A DNA stretch of 64,000 nt from Polyangiaceae bacterium (GTDB lineage: Bacteria > Myxococcota_A > Polyangia > Polyangiales > Polyangiaceae). Location: the NCBI GenBank assembly GCA_965222375.1, contig CBDCTZ010000014.1:1056001-1120000 (forward strand), written 5' to 3'. The translations under genes were made by a program, and so were the position numbers. The number at the start of each line of letters is the position of its first letter. Within the stretch, counting starts at the first letter, position 1. Shown one piece after another: positions 1-8,844 of this stretch. Below the pieces are notes generated by a model. That model did no database searches. It was not told the origin of the DNA and saw only the letters and a program-made list of their open reading frames with translations.

Positions 1-209
1 ACTGTCGGCATGGTGCGCAACCTCCGTCCCAGGAGGGGCACGGTCCATGCGTCCCACATTCCGGGCCGTCGCGCCAGGGTGGCCCAGAGCGGGAGGCGCG
101 GCCCCCTGGGAAACAGCGCTCGACCCCAAACAAACCCAGGCTAGCAGAGCGTTCGACTTCGCTTGTTCTTCGGACCCAACCCAGCTACTTCCGATCCCCG
201 GAGGAACCT

Positions 210-968
210 TTGGCTCAACCCAACCCAGTGCCCGCCCCGATGCCGGCCGGTGCCGCCCCGCCCGCGGCTGCTGGCGCGGCCCACGAGATCACTCATGGGC
301 CGTCTTTTGCGATGTTGCGGGTCGACCTTGCGCCTGGACAAGCCCTGGTTGCGGAGGCGGGTAGCATGGTCGCGCGGCATCAGCCTGTCGGTATGGAAGT
401 GAAGCTGAATGCCTCACCATCTGCCGGGCTCCTTGCGACCCTCAAAGCGATCATCATCGCCATCATTCGCAAGGTCGTTGGCGGTGAGACGTTCATCGTC
501 AATCACTTCACCGCGCCGGGTGGTGGCAGCGTGTGGCTCGCGCCACAGATGGCGGGGCATGTGGTGCACCGTCAGTTGCAAGGTGAAACGCTGGTGCTCA
601 GCGCCGGCGCCTACTTGGCTCATGTGGGCGACCTGAACATGGGGCTTCGCTTTGGTGGCCTCAAAGGGCTACTCGCCAAAGAGGGGGCGTTCTTCTTGGA
701 GATCAGCGGGCACGGCGACCTTTGGTTCAACAGCTATGGCGGGATCGAAACCATCGATGTTCAGCAGCCTTTCATGATCGACAATGGGCACCTGGTTGGA
801 TACGAAGGCAACCTGGACTTCAACATCAAGAGCGCTGGGGGCGGAATGATGGGCTTCATGGCTTCCGGGGAGGGCCTCGTGTGTGAATTCACCGGGCAGG
901 GCAAGGTCTATGTGCAGAGCCGCAACTTGGATTCGCTGGTCAATTGGCTGACGCCGCTGATGCCCTGA
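210..968 (+). CDS. AIM24 / TIGR00266 family protein (copy 1)
   Basis: GGAGG RBS at 200-204 before TTG start; family motifs AEAGSMVA, GGETF, EGAFFL, IDNGHLV, SGEGLVCEFTGQGKVYVQSRN. Confidence 0.88.
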   Translation: MAQPNPVPAPMPAGAAPPAAAGAAHEITHGPSFAMLRVDLAPGQALVAEAGSMVARHQPVGMEVKLNASPSAGLLATLKAIIIAIIRKVVGGETFIVNHFTAPGGGSVWLAPQMAGHVVHRQLQGETLVLSAGAYLAHVGDLNMGLRFGGLKGLLAKEGAFFLEISGHGDLWFNSYGGIETIDVQQPFMIDNGHLVGYEGNLDFNIKSAGGGMMGFMASGEGLVCEFTGQGKVYVQSRNLDSLVNWLTPLMP

Positions 969-978
969 GGACGAAGCC

Positions 979-1653
979 ATGCAGATACAAGTCGATTACC
1001 GACCGGCACATTCTCTCGCCAAGGTTCAACTGGGGCCCGGCGAAAGTGTCGTTGCAGAGAGCGGTGCCATGGTGGGCATGACGCCGAGCGTGCAGATGCA
1101 GACCCAGTCCGGTGGGCTCATGAGCGGGCTGAAGCGGATGTTCGGCGGCGAGTCGTTCTTTCGCAACACCTTCACGGCGCCCGAGCAAGGCGGGGAAGTC
1201 CTGCTGGCCCACGCCTTGTGTGGCGACATGGCTGTGTTGGAAATGACCCCCGGCGGATACTTCGTCCAGAGTTCCAGCTTCATTGCCTCCACACCCAATG
1301 TGCAGATCGAAACCAAGGTTGGGGGCTTTCGGTCCTTCTTCGCTGGCGAGGGCGTGTTCATTCTACAGGCCAGCTGCCAAGGTCCCGGCACGATGCTGGT
1401 TGGTGCCTTTGGTGGGATCCAAGAACTCGTGTGTGACGGAAACATGGTCATCGACACCGGTCATCTGGTCGCTTGGGACACTTCCTTGACCTACAACGTG
1501 GGCAAGAGCGGCAGCGGCTGGGTGGCTTCGTTCTTGTCGGGTGAAGGCTTGGTTTGTCACTTCTCTGGCCAGGGGCGGATCTGGATTCAGACTCGAAACC
1601 CCGCCGAGTACGGTGGTGCAGTCGGCAAGCTCCTGCCACCGAGGGAGGGCTGA
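979..1653 (+). CDS. AIM24 / TIGR00266 family protein (copy 2)
   Basis: AESGAMV, GGESFF, AGEGVF, IDTGHLVAW, SGEGLVCHFSGQGRIWIQTRN; GAGG before the ATG. Confidence 0.9.
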   Translation: MQIQVDYRPAHSLAKVQLGPGESVVAESGAMVGMTPSVQMQTQSGGLMSGLKRMFGGESFFRNTFTAPEQGGEVLLAHALCGDMAVLEMTPGGYFVQSSSFIASTPNVQIETKVGGFRSFFAGEGVFILQASCQGPGTMLVGAFGGIQELVCDGNMVIDTGHLVAWDTSLTYNVGKSGSGWVASFLSGEGLVCHFSGQGRIWIQTRNPAEYGGAVGKLLPPREG

Positions 1654-1657
1654 GACC

Positions 1658-2338
1658 GTGCAATACGACATCCTCGAGAAACCCGACTTTTCCTTGGTGC
1701 GAGTGGTCTTTTCTCAGCCCGGTGAGCAGATGCTCGCCGAGAGCGCGGCCATGGTGGCCAAGGACAGCGCCATGGAGATGAAGACGCAGATGCAAGGGGG
1801 GCTGTTGGGTGCCGCGAAGCGCAAGCTGCTTGGGGGCGAGAGCATCTTTCAGAACACCTTCACTGCAACTGCTCCCGGGCAGCAGCTTTGGCTCGCCCCC
1901 GGTCCCGAGGGGGACGTGGAAGTCGTCGAGATGGACGGCCAGACACCTCTGTATCTGTCGTCAGGGGCATTTTTGGCTAGCGCTCCTACGGTTCAGTTGG
2001 ACACCAAGTGGCATGGCGCCAAAGGTTTCTTCAGTGGCGCGGGGCTTTTCTTACTGATGGCCCAAGGCACCGGCCCGTTGTTCTTCTGCGCCTACGGCGG
2101 CATCCACGCCATCGACGTTCCTCCGGACGGCTACGTCGTGGACACCACACACATCGTCGGCTTTTCCGGCGGCTTGAACTACCAGGTGAAGAAGGTCGGG
2201 GGCATGAAGAGCCTGTTCTTTTCCGGCGAAGGGTTGGTGTGTCACTTCAGCGGTCAAGGTCGGCTGTGGCTGTCGACCCGCAACCCCGGGAGCTTGGCGA
2301 GCTTCCTGCAGCCCTTCCGGCCGGTGAGTTCGAACTAG
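1658..2338 (+). CDS. AIM24 / TIGR00266 family protein (copy 3)
   Basis: GTG start at 1658 within ORF 1541..2338, 4 nt after the previous stop; AESAAMVA, GGESIF, VDTTHIV, SGEGLVCHFSGQGRLWLSTRN. Confidence 0.88.
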   Translation: MQYDILEKPDFSLVRVVFSQPGEQMLAESAAMVAKDSAMEMKTQMQGGLLGAAKRKLLGGESIFQNTFTATAPGQQLWLAPGPEGDVEVVEMDGQTPLYLSSGAFLASAPTVQLDTKWHGAKGFFSGAGLFLLMAQGTGPLFFCAYGGIHAIDVPPDGYVVDTTHIVGFSGGLNYQVKKVGGMKSLFFSGEGLVCHFSGQGRLWLSTRNPGSLASFLQPFRPVSSN

Positions 2339-2854
2339 CTACTCGGGCTTCAACTTGAGGGGCGCGGTGACGCTGAAGAAGCTGCCGTCCATGAGGGCGG
2401 CGTAGGACAGTTTCTTGAACGCCTCGAGCATGCACTGCACGACCTCGGGGTCGTCGAGGGCGGCGTGCACCAAGTTCAACTCGTAAATGCTTCCGTCACG
2501 GTTGAGGATCACACGGACATCCAGGCTTCCGGCTAGTGCTGGGTTTCGACTTAGGCCCCGGGCGTAGCACTGCCGAAAGTGCGACTTGCCCGCCTCGAAG
2601 GTTGCCACGAAGGACTTGCTCGCCGCCTTGGAAGAAGCTTCGGAAAGCCCCTCGCCGCCAGTCATCATCGCGGCGCCCAGGCGGATGTTGCCAGCCTCTG
2701 GGGGTGGGGGAGCGGGCTCCGGGGGCGTGGGCTCGCCCGGCATGTCCTCGCCGTAGTCCATCGGAGGTGGAGGGGGCTTCTTCGGGGGCGGAGAGGGGCA
2801 AGCGACCAGCACTGCGGCGCAGGAGCAGGACAGCAAAAGGCGACCAATCGTCAT
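2339..2854 (-). CDS. Lipoprotein with Pro-rich linker and AgmX/PglI C-terminal (TonB-C-like) domain
   Basis: Lipobox VLVAC; pattern FRQCYARGLSRNPALAG...VVQCML typical of myxobacterial AgmX/PglI-C domains; start chosen at MTIGR. Confidence 0.7.
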   Translation of the reverse strand: MTIGRLLLSCSCAAVLVACPSPPPKKPPPPPMDYGEDMPGEPTPPEPAPPPPEAGNIRLGAAMMTGGEGLSEASSKAASKSFVATFEAGKSHFRQCYARGLSRNPALAGSLDVRVILNRDGSIYELNLVHAALDDPEVVQCMLEAFKKLSYAALMDGSFFSVTAPLKLKPE

Positions 2855-2899
2855 GCTGCCGACCGCAACACAGCTTTCGCCGGCGTACAACGCCCAGTT

Positions 2900-4483
2900 T
2901 CAGCGACAAGCTTGTACGCGGCGCGGTTCTTCCGAACGAGAGCAAGAAAGGGTGCCTTCTTCGCAGGCGCTGAGCCACTTGCCCTGCGCACCGCACTCCG
3001 GGACCTGGCCTTGCCAACCGACGTCGGCCCAGCATTTGGTCACGATCCCCAAGGTCGTGATCGACCGGCAGCCCTCGGTGACGACGCTGTCCTTCTGCGT
3101 GCTACGGCCATCACAGTCGTAGTCAAACTTCTTGTCACCGCGATGTTGTGAGAAGTAGTGCTCCTGCCCCGGGTGGGCTTCGGGGTTCTGGTCGTAGCAA
3201 TCCAATCCGTTGGCCACATAGCCTGGGGGTTGGGTTTCGCTGCGCTTCGACGCCTTGGGGTTTCCATAGCCATCGCGATCGAGATCTTTGAACCATTTTG
3301 GGTCAGCGCACGGCAGGGCGTACTTGTTGGCCAGCTCGCCAATGCGGCGCTCCACCGGTGACAACAGATCTACTAGGAGCGCGTGGACTTTGCTGTCTTT
3401 GGCTGAACTGCCGAGGACGGATTCCACGAGCTTGCGGCTCTGACAGAGCTTGGCGCTGGGTTTCTTCTTGTGCAGCTCCTTGGCGAGGCCTTCCACGGCG
3501 TCCAGGGACGAGAGCAACGCGCCGCGCTCTGCGTCGGAAAAGCCGCCCTTGCCCACGAGCAGGCGGATCTTGGCTGCCTGCTCCGCCGCCGACTTCAGAT
3601 CTCGGGCGCCCACGGTGCCGAGGGAGAAATCTGAGAGGCTGTGCAGAGCCTGCTTGCGAGCGCGGGTTTGGCTAACCAGCTGACAAGTCTTGGCCTGCGC
3701 AAAGGCTGGCGCCGCGGGCTCGAGCAGGGCCGCAACGTTGAGCTTCTCCGCGGCTCGGAGCACGAGCTTGCCGGTCTTTGATCGCTTTTTGTCCAGCCCA
3801 AAGCGCGCCGCGCCGACTCCGACGTCGAGCTGGTTTTCGCTGAGCTGCTTTGCGGAGACAGTCACGACCACCGTCGCGGCGAGCACCTTCGCTGTGTAGG
3901 ACAAGGCTGCGCCACTCTCGTCGCAGAACGTATCGATGCACGCTTCCAAGGAGCGTCGCAGCTCGCTGCCCTCAGCGGTCTCCACATACTGTTGGCGCAA
4001 GATCTCCGCCACGCTCGGCAGCACTCGCAGTTCGGCATCCTCCAATCGAACGCTGATGCGAGCGGTATCCACCTTCGCGTTCTTAGTGGCGAGGCGAGGT
4101 GCCCAGGGGCCCAAGAAGGCAAGATCGATCTTGCCGCCAACACCGGTTTTCTGCACGGCCTCGTAGTCGAAACTCAGGGCAGCGGCGGGGCGCACGGATA
4201 GGCGCAGCCGCGACGCCGCATCGGCGTTGCCGCCGAAACACGCGTTTTCGAAATCCGAACGCTCTGGATTGCGATCCGGGCCGAAGAAGCCGGTCACCAG
4301 GAAGTTCGGGACGTTGAGGCAACGAAAGGACCCCATGTCGCCGGCGGCAGCTTCAATTGCGGTGCACCAGGACGGGAGGGACACCGAGTCGGCAGCTGTT
4401 TCGGTAGTGCTAGGGCTTGCCGTAGGACCCGCGGCTGGGGCGCAGGCGCAGAGGGCAAGCGCAAGAGAAAGCGAGCAGCGCAT
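2900..4483 (-). CDS. Lipoprotein with C-terminal putative metal-binding (MopE-related) Cys/Asp motif
   Basis: Lipobox LALALCAC; WFKDLDRDGYG...DCYDQNPEAHPGQ...DYDCDG motif; Cys-rich tail. Confidence 0.65.
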   Translation of the reverse strand: MRCSLSLALALCACAPAAGPTASPSTTETAADSVSLPSWCTAIEAAAGDMGSFRCLNVPNFLVTGFFGPDRNPERSDFENACFGGNADAASRLRLSVRPAAALSFDYEAVQKTGVGGKIDLAFLGPWAPRLATKNAKVDTARISVRLEDAELRVLPSVAEILRQQYVETAEGSELRRSLEACIDTFCDESGAALSYTAKVLAATVVVTVSAKQLSENQLDVGVGAARFGLDKKRSKTGKLVLRAAEKLNVAALLEPAAPAFAQAKTCQLVSQTRARKQALHSLSDFSLGTVGARDLKSAAEQAAKIRLLVGKGGFSDAERGALLSSLDAVEGLAKELHKKKPSAKLCQSRKLVESVLGSSAKDSKVHALLVDLLSPVERRIGELANKYALPCADPKWFKDLDRDGYGNPKASKRSETQPPGYVANGLDCYDQNPEAHPGQEHYFSQHRGDKKFDYDCDGRSTQKDSVVTEGCRSITTLGIVTKCWADVGWQGQVPECGAQGKWLSACEEGTLSCSRSEEPRRVQACR

Positions 4484-4603
4484 GTGTGCTGACGGCAAGA
4501 TGTGCCGACCGCGTGGCCGCGTCAAATCCGACCCTTGCTCTACGCAACGGCCTCCCCTACGGTTCGCCCTCTGGCCCGCCCGGTCGAAAGGAGACCAACG
4601 TCA

Positions 4604-4924
4604 ATGGCTGATAAGGTTCGCGCTTCCCACATTCTGCTGATGTACGCTGGGTCGGCGAGGTCGACTGCGACGAGAACGAAGGAAGAGGCCCAGACCCTGA
4701 TCGCGCAGCTCAAGAGGCAGATCGACTCGGGAACGGACTTCGAGCAGCTGGCTCGCGAGCATTCGGACTGCCCTTCCGGCAAGTCGGGTGGGGATCTCGG
4801 TGACTTTGGGCGCGGTCAAATGGTGCCGCCCTTCGAGCAGGCGGCCTTTTCCATGGAGGTAGGCTCAACCAGTGACGTGGTGGAAACCGACTTCGGCTAC
4901 CACCTCATTCGCCGCACGGGTTGA
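4604..4924 (+). CDS. Parvulin-type peptidyl-prolyl cis-trans isomerase (single domain, Pin1-like)
   Basis: ASHILL, RTKEEA, HSDCPS..GGDLGDFGRGQMVPPFEQAAF, ETDFGYHLI; AAGGAG RBS upstream. Confidence 0.93.
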   Translation: MADKVRASHILLMYAGSARSTATRTKEEAQTLIAQLKRQIDSGTDFEQLAREHSDCPSGKSGGDLGDFGRGQMVPPFEQAAFSMEVGSTSDVVETDFGYHLIRRTG

Positions 4925-4948
4925 GACTCGAGGCAAGGTCCGGGGAGC

Positions 4949-5797
4949 ATGGCAGAGCCAATTCGCATTGCCACAGTCCCGGGTGCCGCGACCACGTCCG
5001 GTCGCACGAGCACTGCCGCCATCATCCAGATGCGGCAGAGCTTCTTTGCGCAGGCGCTTGGGCGCTACCTGGGTCTGCCCACGGAGATGACCACGGTTCC
5101 TGACTACCTGGAACTCGGTGGAAGAGTCGCGATTGGCGAGATCCACCTGGCTTGGGCGCCACCCGTGGCGGCCTACCGACTGCTTGTCCAGAGCCAAGGG
5201 GTCGCGCTGGTCTTGCCCGTTCGCATGGGAAGCTGTTCCTTCAGCAGTGCGTTGTTCAGCCGCCCGGACGATCCCCGCAGCCAGCTATCCCAACTGTCCG
5301 GGGCGCGGGCGGCTTGGGTCGATCCAGTCAGTGCGGCGGGGTACCTGGTCGTTCGGGCGGGCCTGCGCGCCGCAGGTTGGGTTCCGGAGCAGGTCTTCTC
5401 TGAACAGAGCTTCTTCGGTTCCCATTCCGATGTGGTCGGGGCAGTGCTGGAGGAGCGGGCGGATGTCGGTGCGACCTATTTGCATCGGGACCAAAAGGGA
5501 GAGGTTGCTCGGGCCGGATGGGGCGATGCGGCAGTACAGATCCTCATGGAACACGGTCCGGTTCCCTCGGATGCTCTGGTCGCGGGCAACCACCTGTCAC
5601 CAGAGCTGATGAACAAAATCCGGTCCGGCCTCGTCGACACTCCAGACCTGGCGCTCGTCGCAGCTGCCCGGGAACTGTTCGAAGCCGAGTCATTCGTGAG
5701 CGCTGAGCCATCACATTTTCAGATCTTGGACCGATTCATCCCCTACCTGGACGAGGACGACCGTCAGCGCGTGTCGTCCATCCCTCCCCCCCGCTAG
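4949..5797 (+). CDS. PhnD-like phosphate/phosphonate-binding-fold protein without signal peptide
   Basis: AWVDPVSAAGYL, FFGSHSDVVGAVLEERADVGAT, GPVPSD motifs of the PhnD family; no hydrophobic N-terminus. Confidence 0.75.
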   Translation: MAEPIRIATVPGAATTSGRTSTAAIIQMRQSFFAQALGRYLGLPTEMTTVPDYLELGGRVAIGEIHLAWAPPVAAYRLLVQSQGVALVLPVRMGSCSFSSALFSRPDDPRSQLSQLSGARAAWVDPVSAAGYLVVRAGLRAAGWVPEQVFSEQSFFGSHSDVVGAVLEERADVGATYLHRDQKGEVARAGWGDAAVQILMEHGPVPSDALVAGNHLSPELMNKIRSGLVDTPDLALVAAARELFEAESFVSAEPSHFQILDRFIPYLDEDDRQRVSSIPPPR

Positions 5798-5835
5798 CGC
5801 GGTCCTCGACAACCCGAGTATATTTCGAGCAAGCC

Positions 5836-6279
5836 ATGAAAGCCTTTGGATCCCGTCGCTGGATGCTATTCGTCTTCGCTCTCGCCGCGCTGGGCTGCGG
5901 GGGGCGTCAAGACAAGCCGGTGGACGAGGCCGCCCAGGCGCGTCAGTACGCGAACCAACGGCTGACTGGGCGCTGGTTGCTGGTCAACTTCCAACCCGAG
6001 GTGAACTTAGAGCCGATGTTGGGGGCTCTGCTCGCCGCACAGATGAACCAATTGGTGGTCACGTTTCAGGCGCCTCAAATGCATGCAAGAGGGGTCGGGG
6101 TCGATACGGTTCGGCGTTACAAGGTCGTAGACGCCCTCGGCGCCCGCGTCGCCATTCGTACGGTGGACGATAGCGGTGCGACTTACGACGCCGTCGGCGA
6201 GTTCCGAGGCCAAGACCTATTCTTCGAGTCCCGGACGATTCCATGGCGCGGGCGTGGTGTGCTTCGTCGGCTGCCCTGA
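5836..6279 (+). CDS. Hypothetical lipoprotein
   Basis: MKAFGSRR + hydrophobic stretch + LAALGC lipobox; LTGRWLLV beta-barrel-like start. Confidence 0.65.
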   Translation: MKAFGSRRWMLFVFALAALGCGGRQDKPVDEAAQARQYANQRLTGRWLLVNFQPEVNLEPMLGALLAAQMNQLVVTFQAPQMHARGVGVDTVRRYKVVDALGARVAIRTVDDSGATYDAVGEFRGQDLFFESRTIPWRGRGVLRRLP

Positions 6280-6289
6280 TTGAGATGGG

Positions 6290-6634
6290 CTACTGCTTCT
6301 TCTTGGCGACGCCGAGAGTCTCCAAGCGTTTCAGCGCGCGCTCCATCTCTTCATCCGTGTCCTCGAACTCCAAGGCAATGCGGTGGGGCCACATGCCGTC
6401 CGGGTCCTCCTGGTTCTTCTCGACGCGGACGACGCGGCCGCGGATTTCCCGCTCCTCGCTGGAGTCTGGAGGGAGCTGTACCTTGACGGTCAGCTCCGCA
6501 CCGACTTCGAGTTTGCTGGCGCTCACCATCAGCAGGCCCCGAGCACTCACGTCATGACCGACCGCGACGCCTTCCTCCAGCTGCGCCACCTGCACAGGGA
6601 GCCAAATCGTGTACCTCTGAAAGCGGCGCTCCAC
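6290..6634 (-). CDS. PilZ domain protein (c-di-GMP receptor)
   Basis: RxxxR (RFQR preceded by R) and DxSxxG (DVSARG) motifs; IRGRVVRVE, IALEF. Confidence 0.85.
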   Translation of the reverse strand: MERRFQRYTIWLPVQVAQLEEGVAVGHDVSARGLLMVSASKLEVGAELTVKVQLPPDSSEEREIRGRVVRVEKNQEDPDGMWPHRIALEFEDTDEEMERALKRLETLGVAKKKQ

Positions 6635-6686
6635 GCACTTCAGGATAGCTTGCTCTCGCGTTGAAGAAAATTCCCCGGAAGCCTTT

Positions 6687-7373
6687 GTGAGCGAAACCCC
6701 TGAAGCCCCAGCCTTGCCGTCAGCTCGCGAACGCCGGCGCCGTCGTTATGTTCTAACGGCGCTGCTGGTGCCCATTGGGCTGACCGCAGCTGCGACTTTC
6801 ACGGGCACGGCGCTGGCGCCACGGTTGCTCGTCGATGCGCCGCTCTTGTTGGTCGCGCTCAATCCGGTATCCCGTCACCTGATACTTGCGTCGACGGCGA
6901 CGGATTGGCTTCCCTTCGTGCTGGTTGCCGTCGGTCGCTTGTTCTTCCCGGATCCGTTCTACTTCGCGATCGGCAGACTCTGGGGGCAAGATGCCATCAG
7001 TTGGATCGAGCGTCGCCTGGGCGGTGCTGGGCGTTGGGTGCGCACCGTCGAACGCATGTTTAGCAAGGCGGGCTGGCTCGTGTTGATGTTGGCTCCGGTG
7101 GGCTTCATCTGTGTGCTCGCGGGCGCATCGAAGATGTCCACGCGCCTGTTCGTGTCGCTGAACTTGGCTGCGACTCTCACCTGGGCGCTGGCGGTCCGCC
7201 AACTAGGAGACGTGCTCGAGCGCCCCATCAACGTCGTACGGGACTTCGTCGCCGACAATGTCGTCGCGTTGACTATCGTCTCCTTCGTTCTGGTCGCAGC
7301 TCAGCTTTACGCTCGGAGCCGTCGCGGGCGCCGGGGCCGGAGGGCACAGTTTCGGGACGAGGATCTCTCCTGA
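6687..7373 (+). CDS. DedA/VTT-like membrane protein
   Basis: Several hydrophobic helices; DPFYFAIGRLWG and VLAGASKM..RLFVSLN patterns. Confidence 0.7.
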   Translation: MSETPEAPALPSARERRRRRYVLTALLVPIGLTAAATFTGTALAPRLLVDAPLLLVALNPVSRHLILASTATDWLPFVLVAVGRLFFPDPFYFAIGRLWGQDAISWIERRLGGAGRWVRTVERMFSKAGWLVLMLAPVGFICVLAGASKMSTRLFVSLNLAATLTWALAVRQLGDVLERPINVVRDFVADNVVALTIVSFVLVAAQLYARSRRGRRGRRAQFRDEDLS

Positions 7374-7386
7374 CCCAGCGCCGGGC

Positions 7387-8829
7387 TCACTCGCTAGCGG
7401 AAAGACCTTCGTCGTGGGGCAGGCTGACTTGGGGTGCGCGCAGATATGCGAACGGGGTGCACAAGGCCAGATTGGAAACGCGCGAAGTGTACACGTCGGC
7501 GTAGCGCTCTATCTGGCGGGCCAGATAGCTCTTGTCGATTCCCGCGCGCATGATGAGCCCCCAGTTTGGGTTGTTCAGCCTTCCGGCGCTGCGGGCAAGT
7601 GGTGCGATGGCGTCATCTAGGCTGGCAAGTTGTGAACGCAGTTCGGTGATGGCCTGCTGCGAGCCTTCGGCATCTGATTGAGATGAGCGCCCGCTTTTTT
7701 CGCGCTGGCGCACGAGCTTCTGCATGTCCAGCTGCTCTTCCAGGTCCGATTTGCGATGCATCAGCTGGGACAGCTGTTTCTGTTCGTTTCGAAACCCCTC
7801 GAGGGCGTCTAGCTCGGGCTCCAAATCCCTCAACACCAGTGCCGTGCGCCAGCGCAACATGTCCTTGGTCACGTGCACGTCGGAGTACAGGTGGTCTCCC
7901 ACATACAAGATGTCCTCCGGCGCCAGCTGCAGATCTCTTTCGACCTGTCGCGCATTTCCCCCGAGGTAGGCGCGACCCTTGGTCAGAGGCCCTCGGCTGG
8001 GCTTGAGCAGTCCACGTTCGTCCACCAATTCGAATAGAGCGCTGTCGCCCGTGAAGAATCCGGGCTTCTGCGCGGCCACGATGAACACGTCGAAGAGGTC
8101 TCGAAAGCTCGAGCCCGCCGGAAGATGCGGGTCGATCACATGTTTCAAGATTGCCCGGGAGTAGCTCCATTCCGAGTTGGTAATCAGCAGCAGCAGTTTG
8201 CCCGCGTCTCTCAAATCCAAGAGCGTCGGCACCAACTCTGGATCGGGTTCGATGAATGGAGCAGGGTTCTTGGCAATTTCGGATTTGAGCGCATCTTCCA
8301 TGTGCGTGTGGTCGATGGCGCTGCGCACTTCTCGATACAGGGACTCGTAGCCGAGTGCAGGATCCAGCTTGCCTGCGTCCAGTAGATCAACGCACTGCGC
8401 GTAGAGCGTGGCCTCGGACAGAGAAAAGAGCGTGTTCAGGAACACCCAGCGCGGCTCGCGCAAGTCCACGAAGACGCTCGAGTAGCGCTGACGCTGTTCA
8501 GTGAAGGCTAGGGGGCTGGTGCCGTGGAACGCGCGCGTCACATAGCCGAATCGACTGGCCTTCAGCAGGTTGCCGGTCTCCAGGTCGACGATGAGCCCGA
8601 CTGTGACGAGCTTCGGGTCGAACTTCAGCTTCTCTACGGGCCAGCCTCGTTTCGCTAGGAGGGATTGCGCATGCGCATAGGCACGCTGTTCCCACACGTG
8701 CACTTTGTAGTGCACGAGGGTGTAGTCCATATCGAAACCGACAGCGCGTATGGCCCGCAGGTTCAGCGTTCGGTTGGCGAAGACCCGCCGACTGGTGGGG
8801 ATCCGCGTAGCGCTCGGCGGCTCGGACAT
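7387..8829 (-). CDS. HAD-IG family 5'-nucleotidase (cN-II-like)
   Basis: VFANRTLNL, GFDMDYTL (HAD motif I), LITNS, AAQKPGFF, LYVGDHLYSDV, RYADVYTSRVSN. Confidence 0.92.
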   Translation of the reverse strand: MSEPPSATRIPTSRRVFANRTLNLRAIRAVGFDMDYTLVHYKVHVWEQRAYAHAQSLLAKRGWPVEKLKFDPKLVTVGLIVDLETGNLLKASRFGYVTRAFHGTSPLAFTEQRQRYSSVFVDLREPRWVFLNTLFSLSEATLYAQCVDLLDAGKLDPALGYESLYREVRSAIDHTHMEDALKSEIAKNPAPFIEPDPELVPTLLDLRDAGKLLLLITNSEWSYSRAILKHVIDPHLPAGSSFRDLFDVFIVAAQKPGFFTGDSALFELVDERGLLKPSRGPLTKGRAYLGGNARQVERDLQLAPEDILYVGDHLYSDVHVTKDMLRWRTALVLRDLEPELDALEGFRNEQKQLSQLMHRKSDLEEQLDMQKLVRQREKSGRSSQSDAEGSQQAITELRSQLASLDDAIAPLARSAGRLNNPNWGLIMRAGIDKSYLARQIERYADVYTSRVSNLALCTPFAYLRAPQVSLPHDEGLSASE

Positions 8830-8844
8830 CAAAAATGCTCTCGC

